DNA of 64,000 nucleotides from a virus: positions 13,321-77,320 of IMG/VR virus record IMGVR_UViG_3300037264_001603; one strand, written 5' to 3'. Under the pieces are notes generated by a model. That model worked only from the letters and a program-made list of their open reading frames with translations, was not told the origin of the DNA and did no database searches. Shown here in pieces: positions 47,782 to 56,543 of this stretch. Position 1 is the stretch's first letter; every line of letters starts with the position of its first letter. The translations under genes and the position numbers were made by a program.

Positions 47782-47874
47782 GTATGGGGAACAATCAGCC
47801 AGGCCCTGGTTTGTCCTAGGTAAAACGAGGTCTCCCCGCCCCGTTACCAGGGTCTGGCATAAGGAGAAAAGGTA

Positions 47875-48156
47875 ATGCCTGATGCAAATCTATACGAGAG
47901 TGTGAGTAGGTATGCTCATCTTACCGGCGCAGCCACTGCTATTAGCAGAAGCGGGCCGGCTAAACTTCACAGGATTACCGTTAATGATGCGGGGGCTACA
48001 ACCCTCACCGTTTACGATGCCAGCACGGCAGTTGCGCCGGTGATCGCTGTCATTGATTGTAGCGTAGCTGGAACGTATGAGTTCGGGTTAACTCTTACAG
48101 GCGGACTTACCGTAGTTCTTGCTGGTGCTGCTGACGTTACTGTAGTCTATCAGTAA
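47875..48156 (+). CDS. small beta-rich virion protein
   Basis: LHRITVN...LTVYD...GLTVV...VTVVY. Confidence 0.55.
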   Translation: MPDANLYESVSRYAHLTGAATAISRSGPAKLHRITVNDAGATTLTVYDASTAVAPVIAVIDCSVAGTYEFGLTLTGGLTVVLAGAADVTVVYQ

Positions 48157-48166
48157 AGGAGATTTC

Positions 48167-48514
48167 ATGTTGCTTTTCTTGCTTATTCAGATCTTTTTCT
48201 GTGTGGTGCTGACCGAACTACTTACGGAGTTAGCAATCAAGTCACAGATTTTCAAGCCCGTACGTGAGCAGCTTTTCCGATTGGGAAAATGGTTCCATGA
48301 ACTATTCACCTGCGGGTACTGCTTTTCTGTATGGGCGGCTTTCGGGGTTGTCTTTTTGACCGAAACAAGTTATCCTTTAAGTGGGAACAAATTTCTGGAC
48401 CTGGGCCTGATGGCCCTAGTGATCCATCGTCTGTCCAACATCCTACATAATGTGATCGACAAGTGGACAGATAAGTATTACGACACTCGGTATGTAAATA
48501 CCGACAAGGAGTAG
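48167..48514 (+). CDS. DUF1360-like membrane protein
   Basis: TM helices, IFKPVRE, ELFTCGYCFSVW. Confidence 0.65.
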   Translation: MLLFLLIQIFFCVVLTELLTELAIKSQIFKPVREQLFRLGKWFHELFTCGYCFSVWAAFGVVFLTETSYPLSGNKFLDLGLMALVIHRLSNILHNVIDKWTDKYYDTRYVNTDKE

Positions 48515-48527
48515 GAGGGGAGACTTT

Positions 48528-49052
48528 ATGAAGGGATATGTACAGAATACAGGCAATGCTGCTTTCTTTGTGCTTCAGCGACAAGTTCCGCCCAACGGAA
48601 AGGTAAAGCTGGAAGACGCATTCAAAGTGGTAGGTAAGAAGAGTGGATTGAGTGAGGATCAGGAAGCTGAGTTCGTGCAATTCTTGCGGGAGAAGGTTCT
48701 TCTTCGTGGAACTTGGGGCTATTTTGACGCCAGTGGGTCTTCTTTAGACGCACCTGTCGACAAGGCACCTAAGGCCAAGAAGGTTGTCAACGAAAAGGTC
48801 TCCACCAAGAAGCAGGATGACGCCAAGGGTGCGGGTAGAAATCTTCGCCGCTCCGATGTAGACGATATTGGTAGGGGAGTAGAAATCACCCCCGCGTCCA
48901 TTATCGAAGCACCCTACGATGCTGCTCGAACTATGATTGAAAAGACCAAGGATCGCACGGTGCTGAAGAAAGCTTTGACTCTTACTAAACACTTTTCTGG
49001 CAAAGAACAGCATATGCGGCATCTTCTCAAGAAGCTCGAACAAACCGCGTAA
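48528..49052 (+). CDS. hypothetical protein (neck region)
   Basis: 174 aa, AGGAGG RBS. Confidence 0.55.
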   Translation: MKGYVQNTGNAAFFVLQRQVPPNGKVKLEDAFKVVGKKSGLSEDQEAEFVQFLREKVLLRGTWGYFDASGSSLDAPVDKAPKAKKVVNEKVSTKKQDDAKGAGRNLRRSDVDDIGRGVEITPASIIEAPYDAARTMIEKTKDRTVLKKALTLTKHFSGKEQHMRHLLKKLEQTA

Positions 49053-49067
49053 AGGGGGACAACGTAG

Positions 49068-50033
49068 ATGACATCGGTTCTCAAACCAGAGATTACCTCG
49101 ATCATCAACGGCCTCATTACCATCACAGTCAGAAGTTCCAGTGAGGTAGGGGCTGTTTTCAATCAGTTACTGGTTATGCGGGCCGATGGGGCTAGTGGTC
49201 CCTACTCTACAATTACGACCATCGCCCTCACGGGTGCCGGCGCATATACTTATCTAGACACCGGAACCAACCCTGGGAAGTACTACAAGGCCCAGTTTTT
49301 TCACAGCGTAAGTCTAGTCAGCAGCGTCTTTTCCGAGGTAGGTCAGGAAACCGGTATCTTTTCGGAGTATACGGTTCCCACCAGTACTGCTACATACCCA
49401 CCTGAGATTGCCCTTTCTGAGCAAGACCGGGAGATTGTAGAGTCTATTCGAGTAACTATTGGAGACTTTGGAGTAATCGAGAGAGACTACTATTCCTCCA
49501 CTGATCCTCAGTCCCAGCATTCTTGTGGTAGCCAGATCTCGGCGGACAAGAAGACTTGGGAGCTATTTGAGTGGAAGGGTTGGCCTCAACGAGTTCTCCT
49601 CAATGGACTTGAGAAGACCAGCATTAGTGATCCTCAGATTTTGGGGTATCGCTTTTTGACCTTCACTGGTATCAGTGCTTGTATCACTGGTACACTAGAC
49701 ATCTTCTACCAGCATTTCCGCTTCTCGGATCGAGAGATTCTTTTGGCCTACGATCGTGCTAAAAACCTACTGGTTTCTTGTGGCTTGTCTGCCAGCCAGA
49801 TTACAACCGAGATGCTGATTATGCAGGCTGCCATTCTTCTTTTGGAAGGAGAACTGCGTCAGTCACAAGAAAAGGCTGTTTCCATTAGAGACGGAGACAC
49901 CTCATACGACAATACTCAGAACATTCGTTCACGAAGCGAGGACCTGTCAGATCTTAGACAAAAGCTACGAGACCTGCTGGAGTGTGCCCGGCATATTGCA
50001 TCTTACGCTCTGGAAGGGATTAGGTTAGACTAA
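49068..50033 (+). CDS. putative head-tail adaptor with N-terminal Fn3-like domain
   Basis: IRVTIGD, FSDREI, SIRDGDTS helical adaptor pattern; position. Confidence 0.6.
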   Translation: MTSVLKPEITSIINGLITITVRSSSEVGAVFNQLLVMRADGASGPYSTITTIALTGAGAYTYLDTGTNPGKYYKAQFFHSVSLVSSVFSEVGQETGIFSEYTVPTSTATYPPEIALSEQDREIVESIRVTIGDFGVIERDYYSSTDPQSQHSCGSQISADKKTWELFEWKGWPQRVLLNGLEKTSISDPQILGYRFLTFTGISACITGTLDIFYQHFRFSDREILLAYDRAKNLLVSCGLSASQITTEMLIMQAAILLLEGELRQSQEKAVSIRDGDTSYDNTQNIRSRSEDLSDLRQKLRDLLECARHIASYALEGIRLD

Positions 50034-50713
50034 TGCCCCGTAAACTGGTGCCTAACTCTATCAAGAAAGAATACAAGAGTCTCATGCATCAACTGGTGTT
50101 AGACTTGTCTCAACCTCTTTGTGTGATCCAAGAGAGCCCCATGTTCGTGGATTGCCCGAACTGTATTTGGGATTCTATCAACAAGAAGTCCTCCAATGTC
50201 TTCGATGCGTCTTTCGTGGCATTCTCCAACATCTTTGTAGGCACAGATCAGGCCCGCACCCTCACCCCTATTCCTTTTACCGAAGGACGTTGCCCTGTAT
50301 GTATCGGGGAAGGGCAGCTATTCACAGCAAAAGAAGTTTGCATCCCTGCCATGGTAAACTTCGTTAGCCGGGACGACAGGGGTGGTCGGTTTCTGGATCT
50401 TCCTGCCGGAAAAGAAGGTATCAATTTCGTGGTCGTAAAGACCCTGGCCTGTAACTACGAGTTGATTGTAAACAATGAGGTCTTTCTGCTGCACAACGGT
50501 ATGAAGTGCGAGAAATTCACTCCCCCGTTTGTTCGAGGGCTGGGTGGGGAAGAGGCAGTATGTGAGGTAGTTCTCCAGACCGTAGAGGCCGGTCAGCGCT
50601 CTACCGCTAAGTTTGGTAGCAATGATAAGCTCCGCCGAGAGGCCGATGCTCGTCGCAAGATAAAGGGTCCTACGGATTCTACAATCCTAACTGGTCGCCT
50701 ACGAGGTAGGTAA
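50033..50713 (+). CDS. putative head closure protein with Zn finger
   Basis: CPNC...CPVC.G.G; position. Confidence 0.55.
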   Translation: MPRKLVPNSIKKEYKSLMHQLVLDLSQPLCVIQESPMFVDCPNCIWDSINKKSSNVFDASFVAFSNIFVGTDQARTLTPIPFTEGRCPVCIGEGQLFTAKEVCIPAMVNFVSRDDRGGRFLDLPAGKEGINFVVVKTLACNYELIVNNEVFLLHNGMKCEKFTPPFVRGLGGEEAVCEVVLQTVEAGQRSTAKFGSNDKLRREADARRKIKGPTDSTILTGRLRGR

Positions 50714-51375
50714 TGGCTGGGTTCAAAATCAAGATGAAGGTGGATGCCCCTAAACTGAAGAGTATCCTTCAGAAGCAGCAGGCCTTGATTCAGCACAATG
50801 TGGCCGAGGTATTAAAGCAGGAAGCTATTCCCTTTCTCATAACCCGCATCATGATTGGATATGATAGTTTATCGGAACGAGCCAACATGCTCCCAGAAGA
50901 TCCTACCAATCCCGCCAACTGGCGCGTTGAGTTTTTGGCTAAACTTCATACGGAACTGGAACAGACTTTCATCGTAACAGGCAATCGAGTTTCGGTTAGG
51001 CTGGGTGAAAAGGACTTTCTTGGATACAATCCTTCCGGTGAGATAGATACTGATGACACTCAGCCTCTCCATTGGTTGGTTTTTTTCTTGGAAGGATTGA
51101 TTGGGGACTGGGCATTCATTTCCCCGGAGAACTATACTAAGATCACCAAGAGGCCGTATCAAGTAGGGTGGGGTCGTTTCGAACAGGGTTTCATGGTTAG
51201 TAAGCAGGACTACCAAGAACAGGGGTGGGATAAGGTTATACCCTTTGCGGAAGTTAGGCATCCCTTTTCGGGCTATTCGCCCGTTGATATCTTTGCGGAA
51301 GCCCTAAGGGAGTTTAGACTTCGGCCTTTCATCCAAAAGGCAATAAACGCGGCTGTCAAGGGGAGGCGACTATAA
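50713..51375 (+). CDS. putative neck/tail completion protein
   Basis: Position; C-terminal RPFIQKAI. Confidence 0.5.
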   Translation: MAGFKIKMKVDAPKLKSILQKQQALIQHNVAEVLKQEAIPFLITRIMIGYDSLSERANMLPEDPTNPANWRVEFLAKLHTELEQTFIVTGNRVSVRLGEKDFLGYNPSGEIDTDDTQPLHWLVFFLEGLIGDWAFISPENYTKITKRPYQVGWGRFEQGFMVSKQDYQEQGWDKVIPFAEVRHPFSGYSPVDIFAEALREFRLRPFIQKAINAAVKGRRL

Positions 51376-52223
51376 TGACCATCACATTAGCTCGATGTGA
51401 AGACATGTCTCTCCAGCATTGGATCAAGGATGTAATCATCCCGATGAAGTGGGTAGAGAAGGTGGTCAATGCCTCTCTTACTTTCAGTCCCGAAAAGGCA
51501 GCATACGAAGCAGAAATTCAATGGCTGCCCAGCTTTCTTGATGAGGGGCGTGGGTGGGTTTTCTTTGATCCCGCCGGAAGTGGAAGCTGTGTTGTATCAG
51601 ACATTCCTGCAACGGAACAGTCTACTAGAGTTACCGTAAAGAATGAAGTTGGGGCGACTATCTCCTCTTCCTTGTACACTATCAACTATCTGGATGGTAC
51701 GATTGCTCTTCCTGGCGGGGCCACTACTACGATCCAGGGCACGCCCACTACTGTGGATTTTTACCAGTATTACGTAGCTATCGTTGATGGTTGGCCGGGA
51801 ACCGAGCCGCCGGAGCCACCGATTGTGGCTATCGAAATGAAAGGCTATGACAAGCGCCCCTTCCAACTGGGAGGGGGACGTAAGTCCGTACGGATGTGTA
51901 CAATCGATATCTTTGCCACATCCAGTGCAGAACGAGATGATCTAACTGAATTCCTACACGACGCTATTTACAATAGACACATTCCAGTTTTTGACTTTCG
52001 GGAAGGGGAGCCGTTGGTTTATGACGGCACCTACAATACCACTTGGAGTGGTACCCTACTGCGACTCGACAACAATGATGACGCGATTTTCTACTTCCGG
52101 AATATCAAGGTTGAACACATTACCGGAAGACAAGACTGGAGTGATTTGAATAGATGGCGCTCCAGAATAACATTCGAGATGGAATCTTATAGAGATGGGT
52201 TAGACTTTAACGCCCTTTCTTAA
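51375..52223 (+). CDS. putative tail terminator protein
   Basis: PIVAIE...FQLGG...IDIFATSSAERDDL. Confidence 0.6.
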   Translation: MTITLARCEDMSLQHWIKDVIIPMKWVEKVVNASLTFSPEKAAYEAEIQWLPSFLDEGRGWVFFDPAGSGSCVVSDIPATEQSTRVTVKNEVGATISSSLYTINYLDGTIALPGGATTTIQGTPTTVDFYQYYVAIVDGWPGTEPPEPPIVAIEMKGYDKRPFQLGGGRKSVRMCTIDIFATSSAERDDLTEFLHDAIYNRHIPVFDFREGEPLVYDGTYNTTWSGTLLRLDNNDDAIFYFRNIKVEHITGRQDWSDLNRWRSRITFEMESYRDGLDFNALS

Positions 52224-52350
52224 GGTGGGCGCAGTAGCGCCCCAGGCATGGTACAGGCCATTCCTTCAAAGCCGCCTCAGCTTTGAGGTGTTACATAGAA
52301 CTCCCCCGTCTAATGTAGCAAAACAAATCTCGTAAAGGAGGAAAGACCTA

Positions 52351-54243
52351 ATGGCACGACGTAATCGAATCATTTACCCAAGCAATGCAGTTTGGGCCAA
52401 CGGTAACGTTCTCTACCGTGTGCAGACGTTTGGTTCTACCACAACGTTCAACACCGAGGACGTGTTCGAGCTTGGTCAGCTCAACATCATCGACGTAGTT
52501 GATGACTCCCCGACTGTAGCCGTGACCATTGAGACCAATGAATTTGGCTCGCTCTCCAACCTCTATGCGCTTGCGAACCTTGAACAGGACAACGTCCTTG
52601 TTCACGACGCAACCAGCGTAAGCGGACACCTTACTGTAGTAAGTGGTCTGGGGGATGCGGCAGTCAACATTGCGTACTATCACGGTGTCGCCCTTACTGA
52701 CTTTGGTCTATCCGCAGTTTGCGGTAACTCTTCGGTCGAGATCTGGGCCCCTATCCAGGATGAATGCTCCATTGGTACTGACAATGATGTCATTGAACAG
52801 ACCATGTTCCTGCCTCGCGTATTCGTCAACTCTGTTGAGTGGGCGTATTCTGCAGGTGCGAACGCTACCGAGAATTACGGTGGTGAAACGGATGCTAAGT
52901 TCTGGTTCGTAAACGACGGTAGGTTTGTATCGAGTGAAGAATTTGTCTACACCAGCGCAGCCGCAGGTACCGATCCTGATTCTAATAATGGTACTACCGG
53001 AGGAACCGGCTTCAAGATTAACACGGCCGTTACTACGGTATTCCTTGGTCTTGACCAAGGTGCAGCAACCCCAGAGCTAATTTCTACTCGCTCCACGGGT
53101 CAGCTTGCTTTCTTGCGCTTCGACAACTTCGGCAATCCAGCAGTTCGTTACTACAATGCTTCTGCTGGTGCAACTACGGAAATTCCAGTTCAGGCTGGTA
53201 CCGTAGCCGTTGCAGGCGCTTATGTTTACAACAGTGCAAACAACGCACTCATTCAACCCACCGATTTGACCACCAACACTGATCTTCTAGGTGAAGCAAA
53301 GGCTACTGGCGACATTCTCATGGTGATTTACGCAGCGAATGCATTTGCCAATTCCTTCGCAGGTCTAGTCGTAGGTACCCAAGCCGTTCGCGGTGGCGGT
53401 ACTGCCCCAACTTCTGTAATGGCAACTCGGCGCGACGCTGAGTACTTTGCCCCGATTGAAGTTGATACGGCCCACAAGCCAGAGGATCTTGGTGCTGTCC
53501 GACAGGGTCAGATTGAGATCTATCTAATTGACAAGGATGTTCTTGATTCAACCTTTGATTTGGATGATCAGCTAGCTCTACGCTTGACTTCTGTGACAAT
53601 TGCCGCAGATCTCACCCGTGAACCGCTGTTCGAACTCTCGCATCTACGACCGTATGACCGATCGCTCACTTTCCCAATTCCGTTCACTGTAACCGTTGAG
53701 TCTACGGCGAACGACCTCGTTGAGTACGCAACTTTGGCGTCCAAGCGACAAGGTGTTGTCACTGACGGCACCACCGATGAAATCTCGATTTACGATTTCA
53801 TGACTGCCAATACGCGCCTTGACCTTGTTGTTCAGGTTTACCAGCAGACTGATGAGGAAGCAGGTGGAACTGGTTCTAACCGACGCGTAGTTACTCGCGA
53901 AATGGTTGGTGATGAGTACTTCCAGAGGGGCAATCGCTCCGTCTACTACGACGGTGTGCTTGGCTCGGACCCGGATTTCCCGGCGACGAACTTTGGTTCT
54001 ACAATCCCAGCTGTTCCAACGAAGTCCAACACGCATCGAGAGCGCCCGCTTAAGACGATCGTTGCTAAGGATCTGCGAATCACCGACGAGGCCTACAACC
54101 TCTCTATGGGTGAGAACGCAACTCAGACCTTCGGCTTCCGAGGATCTAACAACCTCTTCGCCGTTCTCGGCGAAATTGATGTAGCAGATATGGTTGCTAG
54201 CCCCGGTCTCCAGGTCAATCCTTCCGCAAGGCGATTGTTCTAA
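52351..54243 (+). CDS. major tail (tube) protein
   Basis: 630 aa; high codon bias; RVQ...EDVFELG and REPLFEL tube-domain motifs; upstream of the chaperone and TMP genes. Confidence 0.75.
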   Translation: MARRNRIIYPSNAVWANGNVLYRVQTFGSTTTFNTEDVFELGQLNIIDVVDDSPTVAVTIETNEFGSLSNLYALANLEQDNVLVHDATSVSGHLTVVSGLGDAAVNIAYYHGVALTDFGLSAVCGNSSVEIWAPIQDECSIGTDNDVIEQTMFLPRVFVNSVEWAYSAGANATENYGGETDAKFWFVNDGRFVSSEEFVYTSAAAGTDPDSNNGTTGGTGFKINTAVTTVFLGLDQGAATPELISTRSTGQLAFLRFDNFGNPAVRYYNASAGATTEIPVQAGTVAVAGAYVYNSANNALIQPTDLTTNTDLLGEAKATGDILMVIYAANAFANSFAGLVVGTQAVRGGGTAPTSVMATRRDAEYFAPIEVDTAHKPEDLGAVRQGQIEIYLIDKDVLDSTFDLDDQLALRLTSVTIAADLTREPLFELSHLRPYDRSLTFPIPFTVTVESTANDLVEYATLASKRQGVVTDGTTDEISIYDFMTANTRLDLVVQVYQQTDEEAGGTGSNRRVVTREMVGDEYFQRGNRSVYYDGVLGSDPDFPATNFGSTIPAVPTKSNTHRERPLKTIVAKDLRITDEAYNLSMGENATQTFGFRGSNNLFAVLGEIDVADMVASPGLQVNPSARRLF

Positions 54244-54260
54244 GACCATCCAGTTTTATC

Positions 54261-54290
54261 TGAATACTCCTGGGCAACCAGGAGTATTCA
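54261..54290 (+). promoter_or_regulatory. perfect 13-bp GCAA-capped hairpin after the major tail gene
   Basis: TGAATACTCCTGG-GCAA-CCAGGAGTATTCA; no U-tract. Confidence 0.5.
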
Positions 54291-54346
54291 ACAAGTGCTT
54301 CCTCCGGAATAACCGGAGGAGATGGCTTAAAGGAAAGGAACTAACT

Positions 54347-54634
54347 ATGAATGATTCAAGGGAAGATAAAGCCTTGGAGCGCTCCAAGGACAAATTCAAG
54401 CGCGATCTCGAAAAACGCGTTATGAAGGGGATCGATGAGATCCTGGACATGGCGGAAGTAGCAATTGGTGATTCTCAGCGGTATAAGCCTTTCCGATCGA
54501 AAGTTCTGCGCGCGGGAAACAATGCTATCCGCGATTTGAAGGTAGAACTGGATCGACATTACAAGGTACTCTTTGTACCCACCTCTGAGGATGTTATCGA
54601 AGTTCAGACCGCTTCCGTTCGGAAAGCGAATTAA
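54347..54634 (+). CDS. hypothetical protein
   Basis: AGGA RBS, ATG 54347. Confidence 0.6.
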   Translation: MNDSREDKALERSKDKFKRDLEKRVMKGIDEILDMAEVAIGDSQRYKPFRSKVLRAGNNAIRDLKVELDRHYKVLFVPTSEDVIEVQTASVRKAN

Positions 54635-54657
54635 GGAATAGGAAAAGGAGAACAATC

Positions 54658-55470
54658 ATGGCCGATGCTGAAAGCGCAAAGAGCGCTGTTAAGGAAATTT
54701 TGGATAATCGCCGGGAGTTTACTATTGAAACTTCGGAGCGAGAAATCGTACACTTCTTCATTGCTAGCCCCTCAGGCGAGGATATCCGTAAGGCGGATTG
54801 GCAGTATTCCAAGGTTTACAACCAGGCTATCATGGATGGGCTTTTGACCCAGTCTCAAATGTTGGAGCTACTCAAGGAGAAGAAGATTCTCAGTGAGGAG
54901 TATACCCAGAGACTAGAGGGGGTCAGGATTTCTTTGGGAGCAGAACTTTTCAAGTTGGAACACTTGATGGGTAATGCCACCGAGGAAGAACGGGAACTTG
55001 TAGCTTTAGAAGTAGCCCGTCTCCGAGACGAACTCTTTCAGTTGAATCAGAGAGTCAACGGGCCCATGGCTAATACCTGTGAGAATCTGGCTGAAGATTC
55101 TCGAACCGATTTTCTGACCAGCCGCATTGTGGAACGTAAGGATAAGTCCAAGGCTTGGAAGGACTATGACGCGTATCGCAACGAAGATAACACCGCACTA
55201 GCTATCAAGGCCCGCTTTGAAGTTATGCTGTGGATGCAGGGCTTGGACAGCAACTTCCTGGAGAACACCCCGGAACAGTCCACCCTACGAAACATTGCGC
55301 AGGCTAGAATGGAACGACTCGCAGCAGCACCAGAACCAGAACCCGAACCCGAACCCGAACCCGAGGCCGCCCCGGTTGTTGAGGAGATAGCTCTTCCCGA
55401 GAGCCCTGTGGTAGAGGAATCCTCAAAGAAGCGAGGACGCCCCAAGGGAAGTACCAAGAAGGTTAGCTAA
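54658..55470 (+). CDS. putative tail assembly chaperone
   Basis: Helical, between the tail tube and TMP genes. Confidence 0.55.
   Translation: MADAESAKSAVKEILDNRREFTIETSEREIVHFFIASPSGEDIRKADWQYSKVYNQAIMDGLLTQSQMLELLKEKKILSEEYTQRLEGVRISLGAELFKLEHLMGNATEEERELVALEVARLRDELFQLNQRVNGPMANTCENLAEDSRTDFLTSRIVERKDKSKAWKDYDAYRNEDNTALAIKARFEVMLWMQGLDSNFLENTPEQSTLRNIAQARMERLAAAPEPEPEPEPEPEAAPVVEEIALPESPVVEESSKKRGRPKGSTKKVS
55330..55365 (+). repeat. hexanucleotide repeat encoding (PE)6
   Basis: CCAGAA x2, CCCGAA x3, CCCGAG. Confidence 0.7.
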
Positions 55471-56525
55471 TGGCTGAGGAGCTTTCTTTTCAGGAAGTTG
55501 AACAACTTCTAGAAAGCGTAATCAACAACAAGCAGCTGGTACATGTTAAGGGACGTACGGGTACAGATAAGTTTCTAGTTTTTTCTCATCCTTCATCCAA
55601 TGATATTCTGTCTAGCAGATATTTTCGAGAGAACGCTCTCATCGCCGCCGCCAAAGAAGAATTGCCTTCCAGAAAAGATGTAGATGCTCTTATAGAATCT
55701 CGCGGCCTAGGACATACTGATAAGCAGCAGATATCGGACTTGGAAGGTAAGATTGATGCGCAGCGTCGACTGCTCAGTCTTACTAAGCTTGAGGGACGTA
55801 GAAAACCGATACAAGATACTATCCAGGGCCTGTCCTTAGAAGTTTCCAAGCTGAAGGCTAAAAATGAGCACTTGTACTCTATGACTCAGGAGTTCAAGGC
55901 TGATGAGGAATCACTTCTATTTTTGACGTGGGCAGCTTCCCACAGTATTGACGGTGCCAAGTATTGGCCGACATTTCAGGACTTTGAGGATGAGACTGAT
56001 TTGTTCCTACGAGGCAACATCATTGAGCAGTTTGCTTACTTCAATCGTGGAACGGCTGTATCCAAGATTAGATATTTAGCCCGGCACGTGCTGTGGAGAA
56101 TTCGCTACACTGCCGGGTTGAAATTGGGCGGCCCTTTATTTCCTCAAGGGCTCCACGATCTTACTCCAGATCAGCAATCACTTTTGTATTGGAGCAATTA
56201 CTACCAGTCGATTTATGAGATGCTTCCGGATGATCAGCCGGACGATGATATCATTAAGGACGACGAAGCTTTGGACTCCTACATGGAGTCCTACTTCCAA
56301 CAAAGGGAAAAGGACAGGAACCAGGGAAGGCTCAAGCGAGGTTCGGGTGCCAGAGGTAAGGCTTCTGAAGCCGATGAAGTGATCATTACACCCAACCATC
56401 CGGATTACCTAAAGATGTCCTACAGCGAAGAACGTGTTAAAGCTGGAAAGGCGTCAGACGTCCAAGTAGTTGCTCCTAATAGCAAAAGAGCGCGTAACAT
56501 GAGGGCTGCTAGGAGAGGTAGATAA
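55470..56525 (+). CDS. putative tail assembly chaperone (second)
   Basis: IRYLAR..WR, QQSLLYWS.YY..IYE...P...I.DDEALD pattern; upstream of the TMP gene. Confidence 0.55.
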   Translation: MAEELSFQEVEQLLESVINNKQLVHVKGRTGTDKFLVFSHPSSNDILSSRYFRENALIAAAKEELPSRKDVDALIESRGLGHTDKQQISDLEGKIDAQRRLLSLTKLEGRRKPIQDTIQGLSLEVSKLKAKNEHLYSMTQEFKADEESLLFLTWAASHSIDGAKYWPTFQDFEDETDLFLRGNIIEQFAYFNRGTAVSKIRYLARHVLWRIRYTAGLKLGGPLFPQGLHDLTPDQQSLLYWSNYYQSIYEMLPDDQPDDDIIKDDEALDSYMESYFQQREKDRNQGRLKRGSGARGKASEADEVIITPNHPDYLKMSYSEERVKAGKASDVQVVAPNSKRARNMRAARRGR

Positions 56526-56543
56526 GGTGGAGGAAAAGGCAAG

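Noticed and set aside
54658-56525. Expected lambda G/GT-type frameshift in the tail chaperones
   Set aside because: The two genes are joined by TAATG coupling and no slippery heptamer was seen near the junction.
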